In this document: piece by piece, positions 10,746-23,702 of the stretch
How the letters are laid out: every line of letters begins with the position of its first letter
Position numbering within the stretch: position 1 is the first letter of the stretch
Source of the DNA: Guillardia theta CCMP2712
Taxonomy: Eukaryota > Protista > Cryptophyta
Length of the DNA stretch: 64,000 nt
Direction of reading: 5' to 3'
NCBI RefSeq assembly: GCF_000315625.1
Contig: NW_005434619.1
Location: 120,303-184,302 of the forward strand
The notes under the pieces: generated by a model
Told to the model about the DNA's origin: nothing
The model's database searches: none
Seen by the model: the letters and a program-made list of their open reading frames with translations, nothing else
Program-made: the position numbers and the translations under genes

Positions 10746-13700
10746 TTGGCGTGTAGGAGCAAGTGGAGAGAAGAAGCGAGGAAGAGAGAGGAACAAGAGA
10801 GAGGAGGAAGAGGAGAGAGGAGGTTGGGGCCATCAGCAAGTAGAGAAGACAACATGCTGTCATCTCCTTCAGCACAGAAGAACTTGCGGAACCGCAGGCA
10901 GTCCAAGCCGAGGATGCCATTGCAGGCGAGGGACGTGAATGTGACCTTTGAGACGGAGAAGTTCTCCTTCAAGGACAAGCAGTCCCCAGCTGTTAACAAG
11001 CAGCTCACGAGCAGCAAACGACACGAGCGACTGATGTTTGACGACAACACGAGTGCGAGCCCGACGAAACGACCAAGAGTGCTGTACCGCGATGACAAGT
11101 ATGCTTGCTGTGTTACTTGTCGAGTAGCACTAACACTCCTCTCCCTCCCCCTCGTCGTCCTCACCTTCAAATCCTTCCCTCCTTGTTTCTTGCAAGCAGA
11201 GACTTCAGGAGGAACATCACGCAGACAAGAATGCTTGCTGAGCTCAAGGCAAAGTTGCGAGAGCGAGAGCACATGAGGGAGGCGTCTTTCAACATGACGG
11301 TAGACGTGGAGTGCTTGCGAGCCAAGACCATGACAGATGTTAGGATGCTCTCCGTGATCTGAGAGATACTTTCTTGGAGTGGATCTCGACTATCAAGAAT
11401 GTCACGACAGGTAGGAGAGTAGAGAAGGAATGGATGATGATGGAGTAGATGATTGAGAGATGGAGACCGAGGTGACAATGGTGGTGCTTATGGAGATGAT
11501 GATAATGATGATGATGAATGCCACCGCAAAGATCTTTGCAAGAGCCTGCTTTTGTCCTGGATCTGGTGATTCCGATGTTGTCGTCGATGATCATGGCGGA
11601 AGAACTAGTTCACTCAATCGCTCACTATCTCTCAATCAGAGGTCTTCAACATGGAGGACGAGACCTCCTCGGAGGACAATGAGGATGACTGGCAGGAATA
11701 CAGTCATACCACTGAGACAGGTAGCTTGGCGCCTCCCCTCCCCTCCTCTCCTCTCCTCTCCTCTCCTCTCCTCTCCTCTCCTCTCCTCTCCTCTCCTCTC
11801 CTCTCCTCTCCTCTCCTCTCCTCTCCTCTCCTCCCCCCTGTGTTGCTCTACCTCCTCTTCGGCTCAATTTCTTACAGCAGACAAGGAAGAAAAGAACGAA
11901 AGATCTGTAGATTCGAAGCCTCAAGTAAGGATCAAACCAATCTTCCATCCTCTCCTTCTCCCTCTCACAATTACTCTTGTTCATGCTCCCTCCTCCCTTC
12001 TGCTGGGCTTCGTTAACATGTAGAGCAAGAGCAAGCCGCGGACTTCCACGTCTGCTGCTCTCGAGTCGCTCATGAGGTCATTCCATCTCGTCTCCTTCCT
12101 CCTCCTTGACCTCCTGCCAGGTCTCCTCCTGGCTCCCAAGGCAAGCTGAGGAGAATCTCTGGCAAGATGTGCAGGGCCGGGGGAAGCAGCGGTACGAGCT
12201 ACACTCAGTTACCACCACCACCACCACCACCACCACCTCCTCCTCCTCCTCCCCCAATAAGCTTAGGGGTGGAGGTGGGTATCAAGAANNNNNNNNNNNN
12301 NNNNNNNNNNNNNNNNNNNNNNNNNNNNNNNNNNNNNNNNNNNNNNNNNNNNNNNNNNNNNNNNNNNNNNNNNNNNNNNNNNNNNNNNCCCTCCCTCCCT
12401 CCTCCCCCTCCCCCCCCCCCCTTCCCCTTCCTCCTCCTCCTCCTCCTCCTCCTCCTCCTCCTCCTCCTCTTTTCCCTCCTTGTTTTTCCTGATGCTATCC
12501 TCTGAACGCGATTCTCCTGCAGCTGTCGCAACGTCCAGCGCTCTATATGAGGTGGTCGAGGTGCTCCCTATCCTCTCTTCCTGTTGCATTGCACAGTATG
12601 ACCTTCTCCTCTCCTCCTCTTTCCGCCTGCTCCTTCCTATCCGACTCTCCTGCTCCTCCTGCTTCTTTCCCCTCCTTCCCTCGGCCTGTTCTTGTTCTTC
12701 CCCAGCAGGGAGCCTTCGAATACGCGACAGGAGGTAAAAGTTCTCCTCCTTCTCCTCTTCACCCACACCAACACCTCCTCCCCCTGCTCCTCCTCCTCCT
12801 CCTCCTCCTCCTCGTCGTCGTCGTCGTCGTCGTCGTCAGGCTGACGCCTTGCCCTTCCTCCAGGAGCTCCCCTGGACCCCAGGAAACGCTCGAAGATCGT
12901 CTCTGGCGGGCATCACCGAGCCAGCCTTCGTCCTAAAGTTGATCTCTCGCTCCATATCAAGGCCAAATCTCCCGCAGGAGAGAGAGCAGCGTCGCCAAAG
13001 TCCTCTGTGTAAGACATCTCCTCCCTCCTCCCTCCTTGTTCCCCCTCGCCCCTCTCCTCCTTGCTCCTCTTCTTACCTTCCCCCTCTTCCTCCTTCTTCT
13101 TTCTTCTTCTTCTTCTTCTCCTTCTCCTTCTCCTTCTCCTTCTCCTTCTCCTTCTCCTTCTCCTCCTTCTTCTTCTCCCTTCCCTTCCCTCCCTCCCCTG
13201 CCTCCACTTCCTCGCATCCTCTCGCCCTTTCCTCGCTCTCCATCTCTCATCATCAATTCAGGTCTCCTTGCGTCCACTGCCAGCAGAAATGTAAGAGCAG
13301 TCCTGAGCCTCTTCTCCTCCCTCACTTGCTGGTCCTCAGGCAAGCAGCAGGAGGTCGTGCCAAAGATCTCTCCTCCTCCTGGCTTCCAGCGCAAAAATGA
13401 AGAGGTGGCCAAAATCCCCCCTCCTCCTCCCCCTCACTCCTCCCTCACTCCTCCCCCTCCCTCACTCCTCCCCCTTCCCCTCCGACTTATCCTCCCATGG
13501 ACCAATCCTCCCTCCTCGTGCCAGGATATCTCGTTCCTGCTCCAGCTCTGCTCTTCTTCCTTGTCTGACAACGAGCAGGGCAAGAGCGCGCTGATGCAGC
13601 TGTTCGAGCAAGAGGATGCGGAGGCTGCCATGACCCTGGCCTCCTCTCCTGCCAACAAGATCAAACCGAGGCAGCTCAAGTCTGGTGATATCCTCTCCCT

Positions 13701-16318
13701 CCTCCCTCCTCCCTCCTCCCTCCTCCCTCCTCCCCATCTGCCCCCTGCTATCCCGGCTCACTTGCTTGCAGTTGCTGCCAACTTTTGTACTCGTTGCACT
13801 TGTCACGCGAACAAGTGCCCGCAGGTACTTCGATTCTTCTTCCTCCTCCCCCTCCCCTTCCGCCCTCCTCCATCCACTCGCTCCTCCTCGCCTTCCTCTG
13901 CCCGCCCTCCTCGCTGATCGTTTGCCGTCAAGGAGAAGGAGCAGCAGCAACTCGTTCCAAAGATTTCTCCTCCTGGCAAGAAGAACGAGCGTTCAGACAG
14001 GCAGCAGCACGCGGCTGCTCCCAAGGCCCCGAGCCCAGCGAGGGAGGAGAAACAAATCATGAAGCAGCCCGAGGAGGAGAAGACGTTTCAAGTTCCTCCC
14101 CCTCCCCCTCCTCCTCCTCTTCCACCATCGTCTCTTCCGCCGCCTCCTCCTCCTCCTCCGCCGCCGCCGCCGCTTCCTCACTCTTCTCTTCCTCCCCCTC
14201 CCCCTCCCCCTCCCCATCCGCGACCCGCAGGGGAGGCGGGGCGCAGGGAGCAGCCGCGTGCCGCTGCCAGGGGTATTGAGCAAGCTGCTGGTTGTGCAGA
14301 GAGGTTTCTCCTCCTCCTCCTCCCCCACGTTCATCTGCACCGCAAACACAGCACTATGATCATCCATTGGTCTGAGGCCGCCAAGTTAAGCCTGTCAATN
14401 NNNNNNNNNNNNNNNNNNNNNNNNNNNNNNNNNNNNNNNNNNNNNNNNNNNNNNNNNNNNNNNNNNNNNNNNNNNNNNNNNNNNNNNNNNNNNNNNNNNG
14501 TCACGTAACTTCTCCTCCTCCTCCTCCTCCTCCTCCTCCTCCTCCTCCTCCTCCTCCTCCTCCTCCTCCTCCTCCTCCTCCTCCTCCTCCTCCTGCACCT
14601 TTTATCCTATGCTCGTTGCTCCGATCTCACTCATGGCTCAGCTCATGTCGAGAAGAGCACCAAGGACAAACTCGCCGATATGCAGGTGACCCTCGTCTCC
14701 TCCCCTCCCTTAGACACTCGCCACCCCCGCACCTCCTTTCTTTCCAGCACTCTCATCGCTTCCTTTCTCCTCCGCACTCATTCCCTTGCTCCTCCCCTTC
14801 CCGCCACCGCTCTTCTCCTCCCTCCCTCCCCCTCTCCTTCCTCCTCACCGCCGCGCAGAGGAAGCTCAACAGGAGGATGCTCAAGTCCGGCAAGGGGGAG
14901 GGGGAGGACAAGGACAAGGGTGCCTCCTCGCAGGATCTCAAGCTCAAGCAGTGGGTCGCGCTGCAGGCCAAGTCGAGGAAGATTACAGAGGAGGAGTTCC
15001 AGCAGCTAGCGACGAAGAAGCAGGAGGAGGTGAAGGACCTGCTGACCCGCATCCTCGCGTTTCGCTGCCGGCAGGGGGAGGACGGAGGGGAGGAGGAGCT
15101 GCAGGAGCTCACGAGCAGCTTCAACGACGCCTCCTCGTGGTTCGCCGGAGGGTTCAAGGAGGTGAAGGGGAGGCATGCGGAGAACTGGCAGCAGGTGGAG
15201 AGGAAGATTGAAAGCATGATGCTGTTCTCTGTTATGGTCGCAGACATGCGGGAAGGAGCAGGGAAAGAGGCCGAAGAGTCGCTCGCTGCCCTCCTGGAGG
15301 ATCCTTGGAGGCTTGCTGCGAGCGGGGAGGACGATGAGAGGGTGGAGGGGCTGGTGAGAGCGAGGGAGGGGCTGGAGAAGAAGAGGAGGAAGTGGGGAGA
15401 CGTGCGAGCGAATCTGGAGAGCTTCCGCAAGCTCGGGCTGGAGCTGGAGGAGGCAGAGGTCAAGACTGCTCTTCGTCGCACGATCTCCGAGAGCTGCATG
15501 GCGGCCATGATGGTGGTGGGAGCGGCGAGGGAGGCGAGCGCGAGGAGCAGCGAAGTTGCTGGGGAGGAGGAGGGGGAGGGGGAGGCGGTGAAGGGGAGGA
15601 GCAAGCAGGAGAAGATCCCCGTGTTGAGGGAGGAGGTGAAGAGCGCTATGAAGCTCCTGCTGGAGACTTGCGAGTATGTCGGAGAGGAGGGGATGGCGCG
15701 AGAGCTTGCGTACCCCGTGATGGCGGCATGCCTGGGGGCGGAGGTGAAGTTGGTGCAAGAGAGCTACTCGAGGAGGAGGAGGAGGGGAGAAAAGGGGACA
15801 GAGGTCCTGCGGGACTTCGAAGGGAGCATGAGACTTTTCCGGACGTTCGAGAAGCTGAGGGGTGTGTGCTCGGGGAAGAGGAGGGGAGAGAAGCTGGGAA
15901 TTCCCCAGCAGCTCTCCTGCAGCCTGGAGGAGGTCACCGACTGCCTCCTCCGGCACATCCTGTCGGAGTTCGACGCCTCCTCAGCTGCGAGCGGGCAGGG
16001 GGAGGAGAGGCAGGACAAGGAGCTGATCGGCTGGCTGGTGCTGGGATGCAACTTCATGAATGCCGTCATGAACCTCGTAGGAGAGATGAAGGACGCGAAG
16101 GTAAGTTCAACCCCTCTCTCGTCCTCCTTGCTGCTGCTGCTGCTGCTGCACAGTTGCTGTTTGCCTCCTGTCCGTTTGATCCTTCTGTGAATCCTCTTGT
16201 CTGTGCCTCCCTCCTCCTCATGATGATGATCATCGATCTCATTCTTGTCTTGGCTCGCTGGCAGGTCGAGGATCTCTTAGCTTCGTTCATGAAGCTTGAA
16301 AGCAGATTGTCCAAGTAG
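10746..16318 (+). CDS. Large multi-exon protein with polyproline tracts and a helical C-terminal domain resembling the CHUP1 C-terminus (could be two genes; spans two gaps)
   Basis: Consistent + strand exons with GT/AG ends, coding polyproline at about 14090-14225, a long exon at about 14860-16100 and a final exon 16265-16318 (VEDLLASFMKLESRLSK*). Confidence 0.55.
11744..11832. repeat. (CTCCT)n microsatellite, intronic
   Basis: Directly visible pentamer array. Confidence 0.95.
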
Positions 16319-16476
16319 AATTTTCAAGTTTTTGTTACAGTATAGTTTGACTTCACGGCACTTGCTCAAGACAAACTCATGCTACTCATACATTCATGGG
16401 GTCGTGGCATCAAAACTTCAGATCGTAGATGTGAACTTCTGTTGGAAAACGTCTTGCTTCGCCTGTTTGATCTCTT

Positions 16477-17869
16477 TTATGGCTTCGTTGGCTTCGTGTA
16501 CATCTGCAATAGATATTTCGTCAACGCACGACAACATTCAATGACATCTCCAGCACAATACACAGAATGACACTGAAGTACCTTTGAATTGCTTGCAATC
16601 CTTGATGAAGTTGTCATAGAAGGCAAGAAGCTGGTCAAGGTTTCTGAAGCGATTCTTGATGCTATCCTCGGCGGTCCAGGACTGTTTGGATCTGTTTGAA
16701 CAATCACCAGTACAACCCAACGTGTCATAAGATGTCACCTTTCAAGGAAATGAGCGAACTTGATTTCATCACACACAGACTTGAGCAACAAGCTTTGCTC
16801 CTCAACCTGCTCAAGAAGCATGAGAGACCTGCTGAATGAAGAAGAATCTATGAGCATCGGCGTTTGAAAGTCGTGTCTTGCCGCACTCTTCAACTTTCCT
16901 CCTCTCTTACCTTACTTGCGTAGTACATGATGAAGAACTCAGCTCTGCGACTGCTCTTTGACCGCGAGTTGGTCATGCGGAAACCACCAACCTCGAAGAG
17001 ATGAGACATCTCTCGCATCTTTGCCACATACTTCTTCTTCTCTGACTCTATCGCCTCCTTCTGGCGGGTCAAACTGGTGCAAAAACGTTCACATCCTCCC
17101 CTGGCGCCCATAGGTACCTCTCACATGGTAACTTTGTCGTCGTTCCTCTCCTTCCTCTCTGTCGCAGAATCAATTCTTTCACCCTCAGACTGACTGGCTG
17201 GCGGCTCTCCCGTGTAGCTCCACGAGGGGACCAGGAAGGAGAGGCTGAAGCTATTTCTGTCGGAGTTTGTGCTGAATGGCGAACTTTGCGTCGAATTTTC
17301 CTGCTCCCCCTCTGCAAACTTTGCGCTCTTCTCTCTTACCCTGGGAGGACTGAACCTGGGAAGACTGACCTCGCTGGAACCAAATCTCTCAGAACTTGTC
17401 GCCTCCTCCCTTAACTCCTCCTTCACCTCATTCCGCAGAACCAGTCAAAGGATTCTTCCTCTCTCGGAAAACAGCTCTGCCCGTCCACGAGGGACTGCAC
17501 GTCGTCTTCATGAGCAGCATCGTTGTTGTTGTCATAGTCTGCATCAGTTTCTGCCATGTTTTCATCTGAGTAGCCGAGATCGTTCAACAGCCGCATCAAC
17601 TCTGCATCGCCGAAGAAAATCATCGAGTTTGCGGAAGACCTTCGCCTTGTCGACGGGACATGTGGGAGAGACGGAGGAGAGTCGACAGCTTCTCTCCTGC
17701 CTTCTGCCTTCCCTCTTCTTTCTCCTCCTCCTCCTCCCATGATCTCTCCTCCTCCTCGAACCATGTCCTCCTGTGCACTGTCGCATTGACGCACCATCGC
17801 CCCAGTCAAACACTGCAGTCGCTCGCGGCGGGTGCAAAACAATCCCCACCCCCACCCCCAGCCCACCAC
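16477..17869 (-). CDS. Hypothetical protein with a possible degenerate DH (RhoGEF) domain
   Basis: Acidic low-complexity N-terminus, then TRQKEAIESEKKKYVAKMREMSHLF ... SIKNRFRNLDQLLAFYDNFIKDCKQF, resembling DH CR1 and the 'IF.N.E.I..FH..FL..L' segment. Exon structure unresolved. Confidence 0.35.
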
Positions 17870-18800
17870 CCCTCATGGGGACAGCACTGCTCCGATTACA
17901 CCCCTTTTATCCTAACTCTTCCAGACTAAAGACCACCCGTACTTCAACTCCTACCGTACCATATCGGACCCCACCCACACCGTTCTCACGCTCTGGACTT
18001 TGAAGGGTGTGTATATCGGACTTGACAACTACAAGTCACTCACTGAGTCCGGGCTGAGGCTCGTCGGAGTCGGATGCCGCGCGGCAGCGGCCCCCGGTTC
18101 ATGTAATTGCACGGTGACCGTCGCGCGAAAGCCTCCGCCGATGATCAGCGGCCAGCGGATGACATCGCTGCGGACCGTGTACACGGGCCATCCGATCGAC
18201 CGGGGTGACCGGCGGCGTCGGACCGTCCGACCGTGCCCGGCCCGCCGGCCCGCCGGCGTGGTACGGTCGGTCGGACGGTCTGTACGGTCAGAGTGACTGA
18301 TTTATTACTCAAAGTTAAGCAGTCACGAGTCAGTTGTCCGCCGATCGGATCAGTTTTGGTCAACTTGGCTTACTAGTTATGGGAGATCACCCCCCCACCC
18401 CCGGTCGCCCCCAGCATGATGTGGATGAGACTCCCGGGGGTCCAGGTAGTACAAATAAGGCCCGATTGACTCATGATACTAGCTTAGGTGTGGGGGGGTA
18501 CCTGCACCGCCTCCTATGGACCTCCTAGAGGAATTACCGTGCGGTCACTACCAGGGTTGTAGCCTGAGGGTGGGGGTGGTGGCTGACAGCCAGGGGTAGT
18601 CAGAAACACCCGATGGCACCTTCGGGGATGATGGAAGCGGTGCCGGGAGCGACCGAATAGGGGTGGGGTGATACAGAGATTGGAGCACTACCTACCATTA
18701 CATAAATAAATGGCAGGGATAATCAGGGGTGGGTAGTTATCAGGAAGTCTATGGGGTGGGTGTCTCAGAGCCTTGCGAGTGCGACTCGGGCAGTTGAGCT

Positions 18801-20726
18801 ATGGGCGATACGCAGCACACGTTGGGGCTGTTCTCATACGTTCCCTCCATCAGTCTCGGGTGAGTAGGGCAGGAGACACGCATGCTCGTCTTGTTGTGCT
18901 GAGATCATGGCGAACGAGTGCCAGGAGCCGCTCTGACTGTGAGTAGTTCTCGAGAGAGAACAAAGGTTGAACAAGGATTACATCTGTGTTTGTGTTTGGC
19001 AAGACTTTTGTTGCTGTGTACATGTGAAAGGACGCATGATGTTCAAGTGTCCCCAGTAAGCGTCGATCGGTCTGCAGGTGTCCATACAACAGCAAGGCTG
19101 GGAGTATTGATGACCGACAGAAGGGAAAACAGTTTCTAACAACCCCCTCCAAGAAAGGTGAGCTCAATCTTGATGCGATTTCGCAACAGCAGCTGACCTC
19201 ACTGCAATGCTGTCCAGGGAGCACACCCGACGTCACTTTCACAAGGTTCTCAACAGTCTCGGTCTGGATTCTCTTTCCGTGCAGTCAGGTTGTTGACTTC
19301 TGATGCTGTCTCAGGTGGGAACGCCCTACTCGCCGCCATTGCAGAACTTGCAGAGGGGGGAGAAGAGCTCGTGAGAGTTTGAGCCATGCTTCTATGCTTC
19401 TTTGTTGCGGACTGACTCGTGATTCTCATCCTCGCAACAGCAAGGAGAGCGTTTCGCAGCCTCCCTTTCGTCCTTCCAGTCCGACCAAGACCAGCCAGGG
19501 CTCAGGATCATACTACGGATGCTTTGGGGTCTGGAAAAACATGAAGACTACCAACAATTACGATAAAGTTCATGCAAAATCTCCGGACACAGGCTTGAAG
19601 GTGAGGTAGAAAGTGCGTTTATCATGATAACGTCAAATTGCCCTGTCGTTCTACCTTGTCATCACCGGTGTTCGATGCGCTATTCTCTATCTCAGTGTGG
19701 ATGTTGCTGGTGCCTGGTCTGATAAATCCTTGCAGAACTTTTTGATTCGACCGCCGAAAAAGGGAGGGTGCGGCACGATTGGTCTCAACATAGGGGGAAA
19801 TCCAGAGGGGCACGTAGGAGAGTACAAGTATTACCCTGAGCCAGCACCTGCTCGGCCCTCCTCGGCTCCTTCAGGTAGCACCTTCCGTGGGGTCATTGAT
19901 GGCATGCAGAGCACTGACATGAGCATTCAGAGCTGGCGCTGAAACCCTTTGTTCCTTCCTCTCCTCCTCAGAAGGGAACTTACGGCTACATGAACCTGAA
20001 CATTAACGGCATGTCGAGGCCGAAAGGCTGCGTCGGGGAGTACACCTACCAGTCCGAGCCCCTCGATCGGTTCAAGAGAGCTGAAGACGCTAGCAAGGAT
20101 GTGAAGCCCTTCCGACCCTCCAGCCCTTCAAGGAAGGGAAGGTAGACTCCCCCCCCCCCCCCCCTCTTTCTGCTCCGCCTCGTGGCTCAGATGTTATCAG
20201 GGGATTCTATGGAACCTTCACGTGGTCAGGGCAAACGTACATGTCTGACACAGATTCGCACTCGAAAGACATGAAGAAGTCTCCCTCAAACCCCGACCTG
20301 CCCAAATGTTTGGATGAGATGAATCGAGCTTGATGGTAGTGATGTGGATGTGCAGATGGAGTTTTCAAGCCTTGCTCGGGATCCAAGTCGTTGCGGGTGA
20401 CGTCGATTGCCAACCACCCGCGCAATCTAGAAGGAGGGCACCCCGTGCTGGTGTGCTTGCACTTGCCCCGTTGTTCATCTCGTGATGCTCGATCCTTCAG
20501 ATGCAGAGCAGACTGGCTCGGACCAACTGATCTGCAACTAGAGCTGCAGGAGACTGTTACGGGTGCTGCATCGATTGGCTCTGCACTGCCGCATCTACAT
20601 CGCCAAAGGTTGTGCGGAAGCAATCAGGTAGCCCCCGCCTATCAGTCTTGCAGTCATCAACAATGTATTGCCAAATCCTTAGGGTTTGGTGTTCATTGGT
20701 TAAGATCTAGTAGAAGTAGCAGGTAG
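18801..20726 (+). CDS. CFAP96: Cilia- and flagella-associated protein 96 (C4orf47/UPF0602, DUF4586) homolog, multi-exon; 3' end approximate
   Basis: MGDTQHTLGLFSYVPSISLG; PFRPSSPTK..GSGSYYGCFG; NFLIRPPKKGGCG; KPFRPSSPSRKG; GVFKPCSGSKSLRVTSIA. These match C4orf47 motifs (IGLFSEM, GLGSYYGTIG, TNPGKKGTGYG, FKPSSPGKK, FHPPSGPKS) in the same order. Confidence 0.8.
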
Positions 20727-23702
20727 ATGCACTAGGGTATCTGATCACCTTTTGTTGTCTACCTAAGACCTAGTTTGTACATATTTTCTTCTACATCCCT
20801 CTGTGCTCCGAGCTGAGCCTGTCAGAAAGTATCCGTGATTGCGTTCGCATCGCACATCCTCAGGTACTTGTCAGCAGTTCCTGCTTTACCACTTGACATC
20901 CCAACGGCCTAGTGGAAAAGAGTCGATTTCATGAAGTTGGGCAATCGTCTTAAAATGATATAGTCATCTGCCTGACCGTACGGGCACCCGTGACCCAGAA
21001 ACGTTTCCATAAACGGGCCCTGACTGACTCACCGACCAGTCGCTCCTCACTCGGCGACCTCTTGGCGGAGTCAGCCTGCGGCAGGATTAAGAAAAGATTA
21101 AGCAGCCCCAACCCGAGTCACCGTCACGGTAACTTAAAACTGAAGGTACTGAGCCCCGGACCCGGCGCCGCGGCGCCGGGCCCGGCCTCACCGTCGGACG
21201 GTCTGTGCCATGATGCCCGGATGATGGATGGACTGTGTACGGTCATAATGATGATAACTTTGAGAACCATACAATTATGATGATGGCAAGCTCGGGCCAG
21301 TCGGTGTACGGTAGCCCGACGGTCGGATCGGCTAGCAGGGAATCGGCGCCAGAGGGCTCAGGCATCCGACGGCACGCGCAGGGAAGCTCTGAGTCACAAG
21401 CGCAGATGAGTCAGAATTTGGGAAACTGCCTTCAACGCTATCAGTCCTCTGTTCATAGTTTCCAGACTCGCCATGGTCATCCAGGCTCCAAGCTGAGCAT
21501 TCAACCTTCGGCGCTGAAGCTATCATGGAAGCGAAGAGTCCTCTCTGACATAACGTGTTCCCTGTTGTTTATCCAAAGCAGTGGAAGAACCTCAACCCTA
21601 CTCGTGGCGACCTGATCTTGAATCATGCCTCCCAGAAAATAGTGATTTCAAGGGTTTATCAATATTTTCAAGGGTTTATCAATATTGATAGGGGGTGTTT
21701 ATCAATGTAAGAACAAACTGGCATGGCAGGACATCTAATGAACTATGTTGCTTTCATCAAGGGCGTTTGCAATACAATTCATACGCACGTATTTTAGTGG
21801 ACTAAGTCTGGTAGAGGATACGACCTTGCAATCAAATAAAGAACCCTGCATAATTTCTGATAATGGCATGACTGCATGGTAATGCAATGTCTTCTCTTAT
21901 GCTCTTCACTGAGCACGACTGCAAAAAAGTCTTTCAGAAGAATGAATCTTGATAGAAATCGTGCACAAAATCATAACATAATTCATAAGCAAGTCATCTG
22001 ACACGAGGATCATATGTTTTCAGCGCTTGCACTAACATCAGGCTAATGTCAAATTGATCTTCAAGATCTGAAGTCTCAAAGAATTCTTCTTCGTCTCTCG
22101 CACATGCTACAACAACACTCACCAAAGCGAACCCTACACGTTGGGAGGAAACAAACTCTCAAAGCTCTGCATTCAATGCCCTGCGATGCTTCTTCTCATA
22201 CCTTCTCGATCGAGGCAAGAGGAGGCGGCAGAAGGGCACGCCCCAATCACTTGAAAGGGCCCACCCTCTCCAGCGGCCTCCCCCCGCCCCCTCGTCACAG
22301 TGCATGAGCAGCACCCGTGCGGAGTAAACATGTTTGCAGGTTTGCGATGAGTAAAACCTGTCGGAGGGCCCCGGTGGTCTGGCACGTCGGACTGTCACAG
22401 GCCCCGTGGCACGTCGGGCACTGGCGGGTGTCAGGCCCCTCCCGGCCGCACGAGTTCTTAATTCCTCTCCCTGATCTTTAATCCCAGCGCTCCTCGAATC
22501 TCAATCTTGTTTTTTGCCCGGTGACCCCTTGCCACTGAGACGTAGCATCCTGGTACCCCATGCTTCCCCATGGGATACAGGGGTGGGGTGCGAAGGTATC
22601 ATCGAAAAAATGCGATTTCGAGTCAGGTGTGATGGTCATGTCCAGGTCACGTTACTGATACAAAAAAAAGTGTGTTCCGGACATCTCCTTCAGGACTACC
22701 CCACCCCAATAGCGGGTAACCCATGTACCAAGCTTCATTACCCCACCTTGCACCTTGGTTCAACTCGTTGTCGGTCTTATATGCACATACTTCAATTTTG
22801 CTTCATGTCACTTAATGAATCTTTCACCCTCATGTAGCCTGCTGTCCTCCTGATTGACCCTACCCTCTTTTGCAAAATCATCAGCACCCCCTACCTCCTA
22901 TCATTGTACCCCCACCCTACCCAAATATGAGTACCCGGACAAGACCGGTACTGGAGCAAAGTCATACCTTCCATCAATTTTGTACTTTACCACCCCCCAC
23001 CCTCCTACTACCCACCCACCTTGTTTCGAAGCAAAGGTTATGTTACTCCTGACCCTTTTGATAAACTAAACTACACCCTACCCATCACGCCTCTTGCTCT
23101 TCTACCACCCCTGGTTTGATTTATCCCCCTGCCTATAATTCGAACCAATCTTATGGACCCCGATTTGTTAGGGTTGTTCATGTGATGGGACCCGGTAGTC
23201 CTTCAATATGATCCTGAGAGCCCTATTCCCCTGACTACCCCCATAGAGTCACATCCTACCCCCCAATAAACTCCAAGATTGGGCATTCCAGATACCACCC
23301 ACCCCTAGCCCCTCAATGAAATTACCCCACCCTTGTGTTTCGTTCCGGGAAAAAAAGAGAACCACCAACCCCTTGTGGTCACGGAGAGCGCAAGGGGGAA
23401 GGGCTTGCTCCTGATCAAGTCTTCAAGAAGTAGGGAGGGAGTAAGAAGTCAAGGGCAGGACAGGCACTCGGTCAAGAAACCTGAAACAGGATAGACACTC
23501 GGTGCTGATACAGGCGGTCGGCTCAGAAACAAATCGCTTGCACGACATCGAGTTACCATCTTCAACAGGGAGCAGCGATATCATCGCACCAAAAGCTGAA
23601 AGACCTGCAATCTATCAAACAAGATCAGGAAAGACGAGATTTATCTGGATAAACAGCCTGGAATATTGACGAAAACTACAAAGCGTGGAAGATAATAGCG
23701 CA

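Noticed and set aside
12106-14400. Formin (FH1-FH2) call for the polyproline gene
   Set aside because: No recognisable FH2 motifs, and many of the poly-Pro stretches are intronic CCT repeats.
21500-22400. Possible gene or transposon remnant
   Set aside because: Only short ORFs; no transposase, RT, TIR or LTR features seen here or elsewhere in the window.
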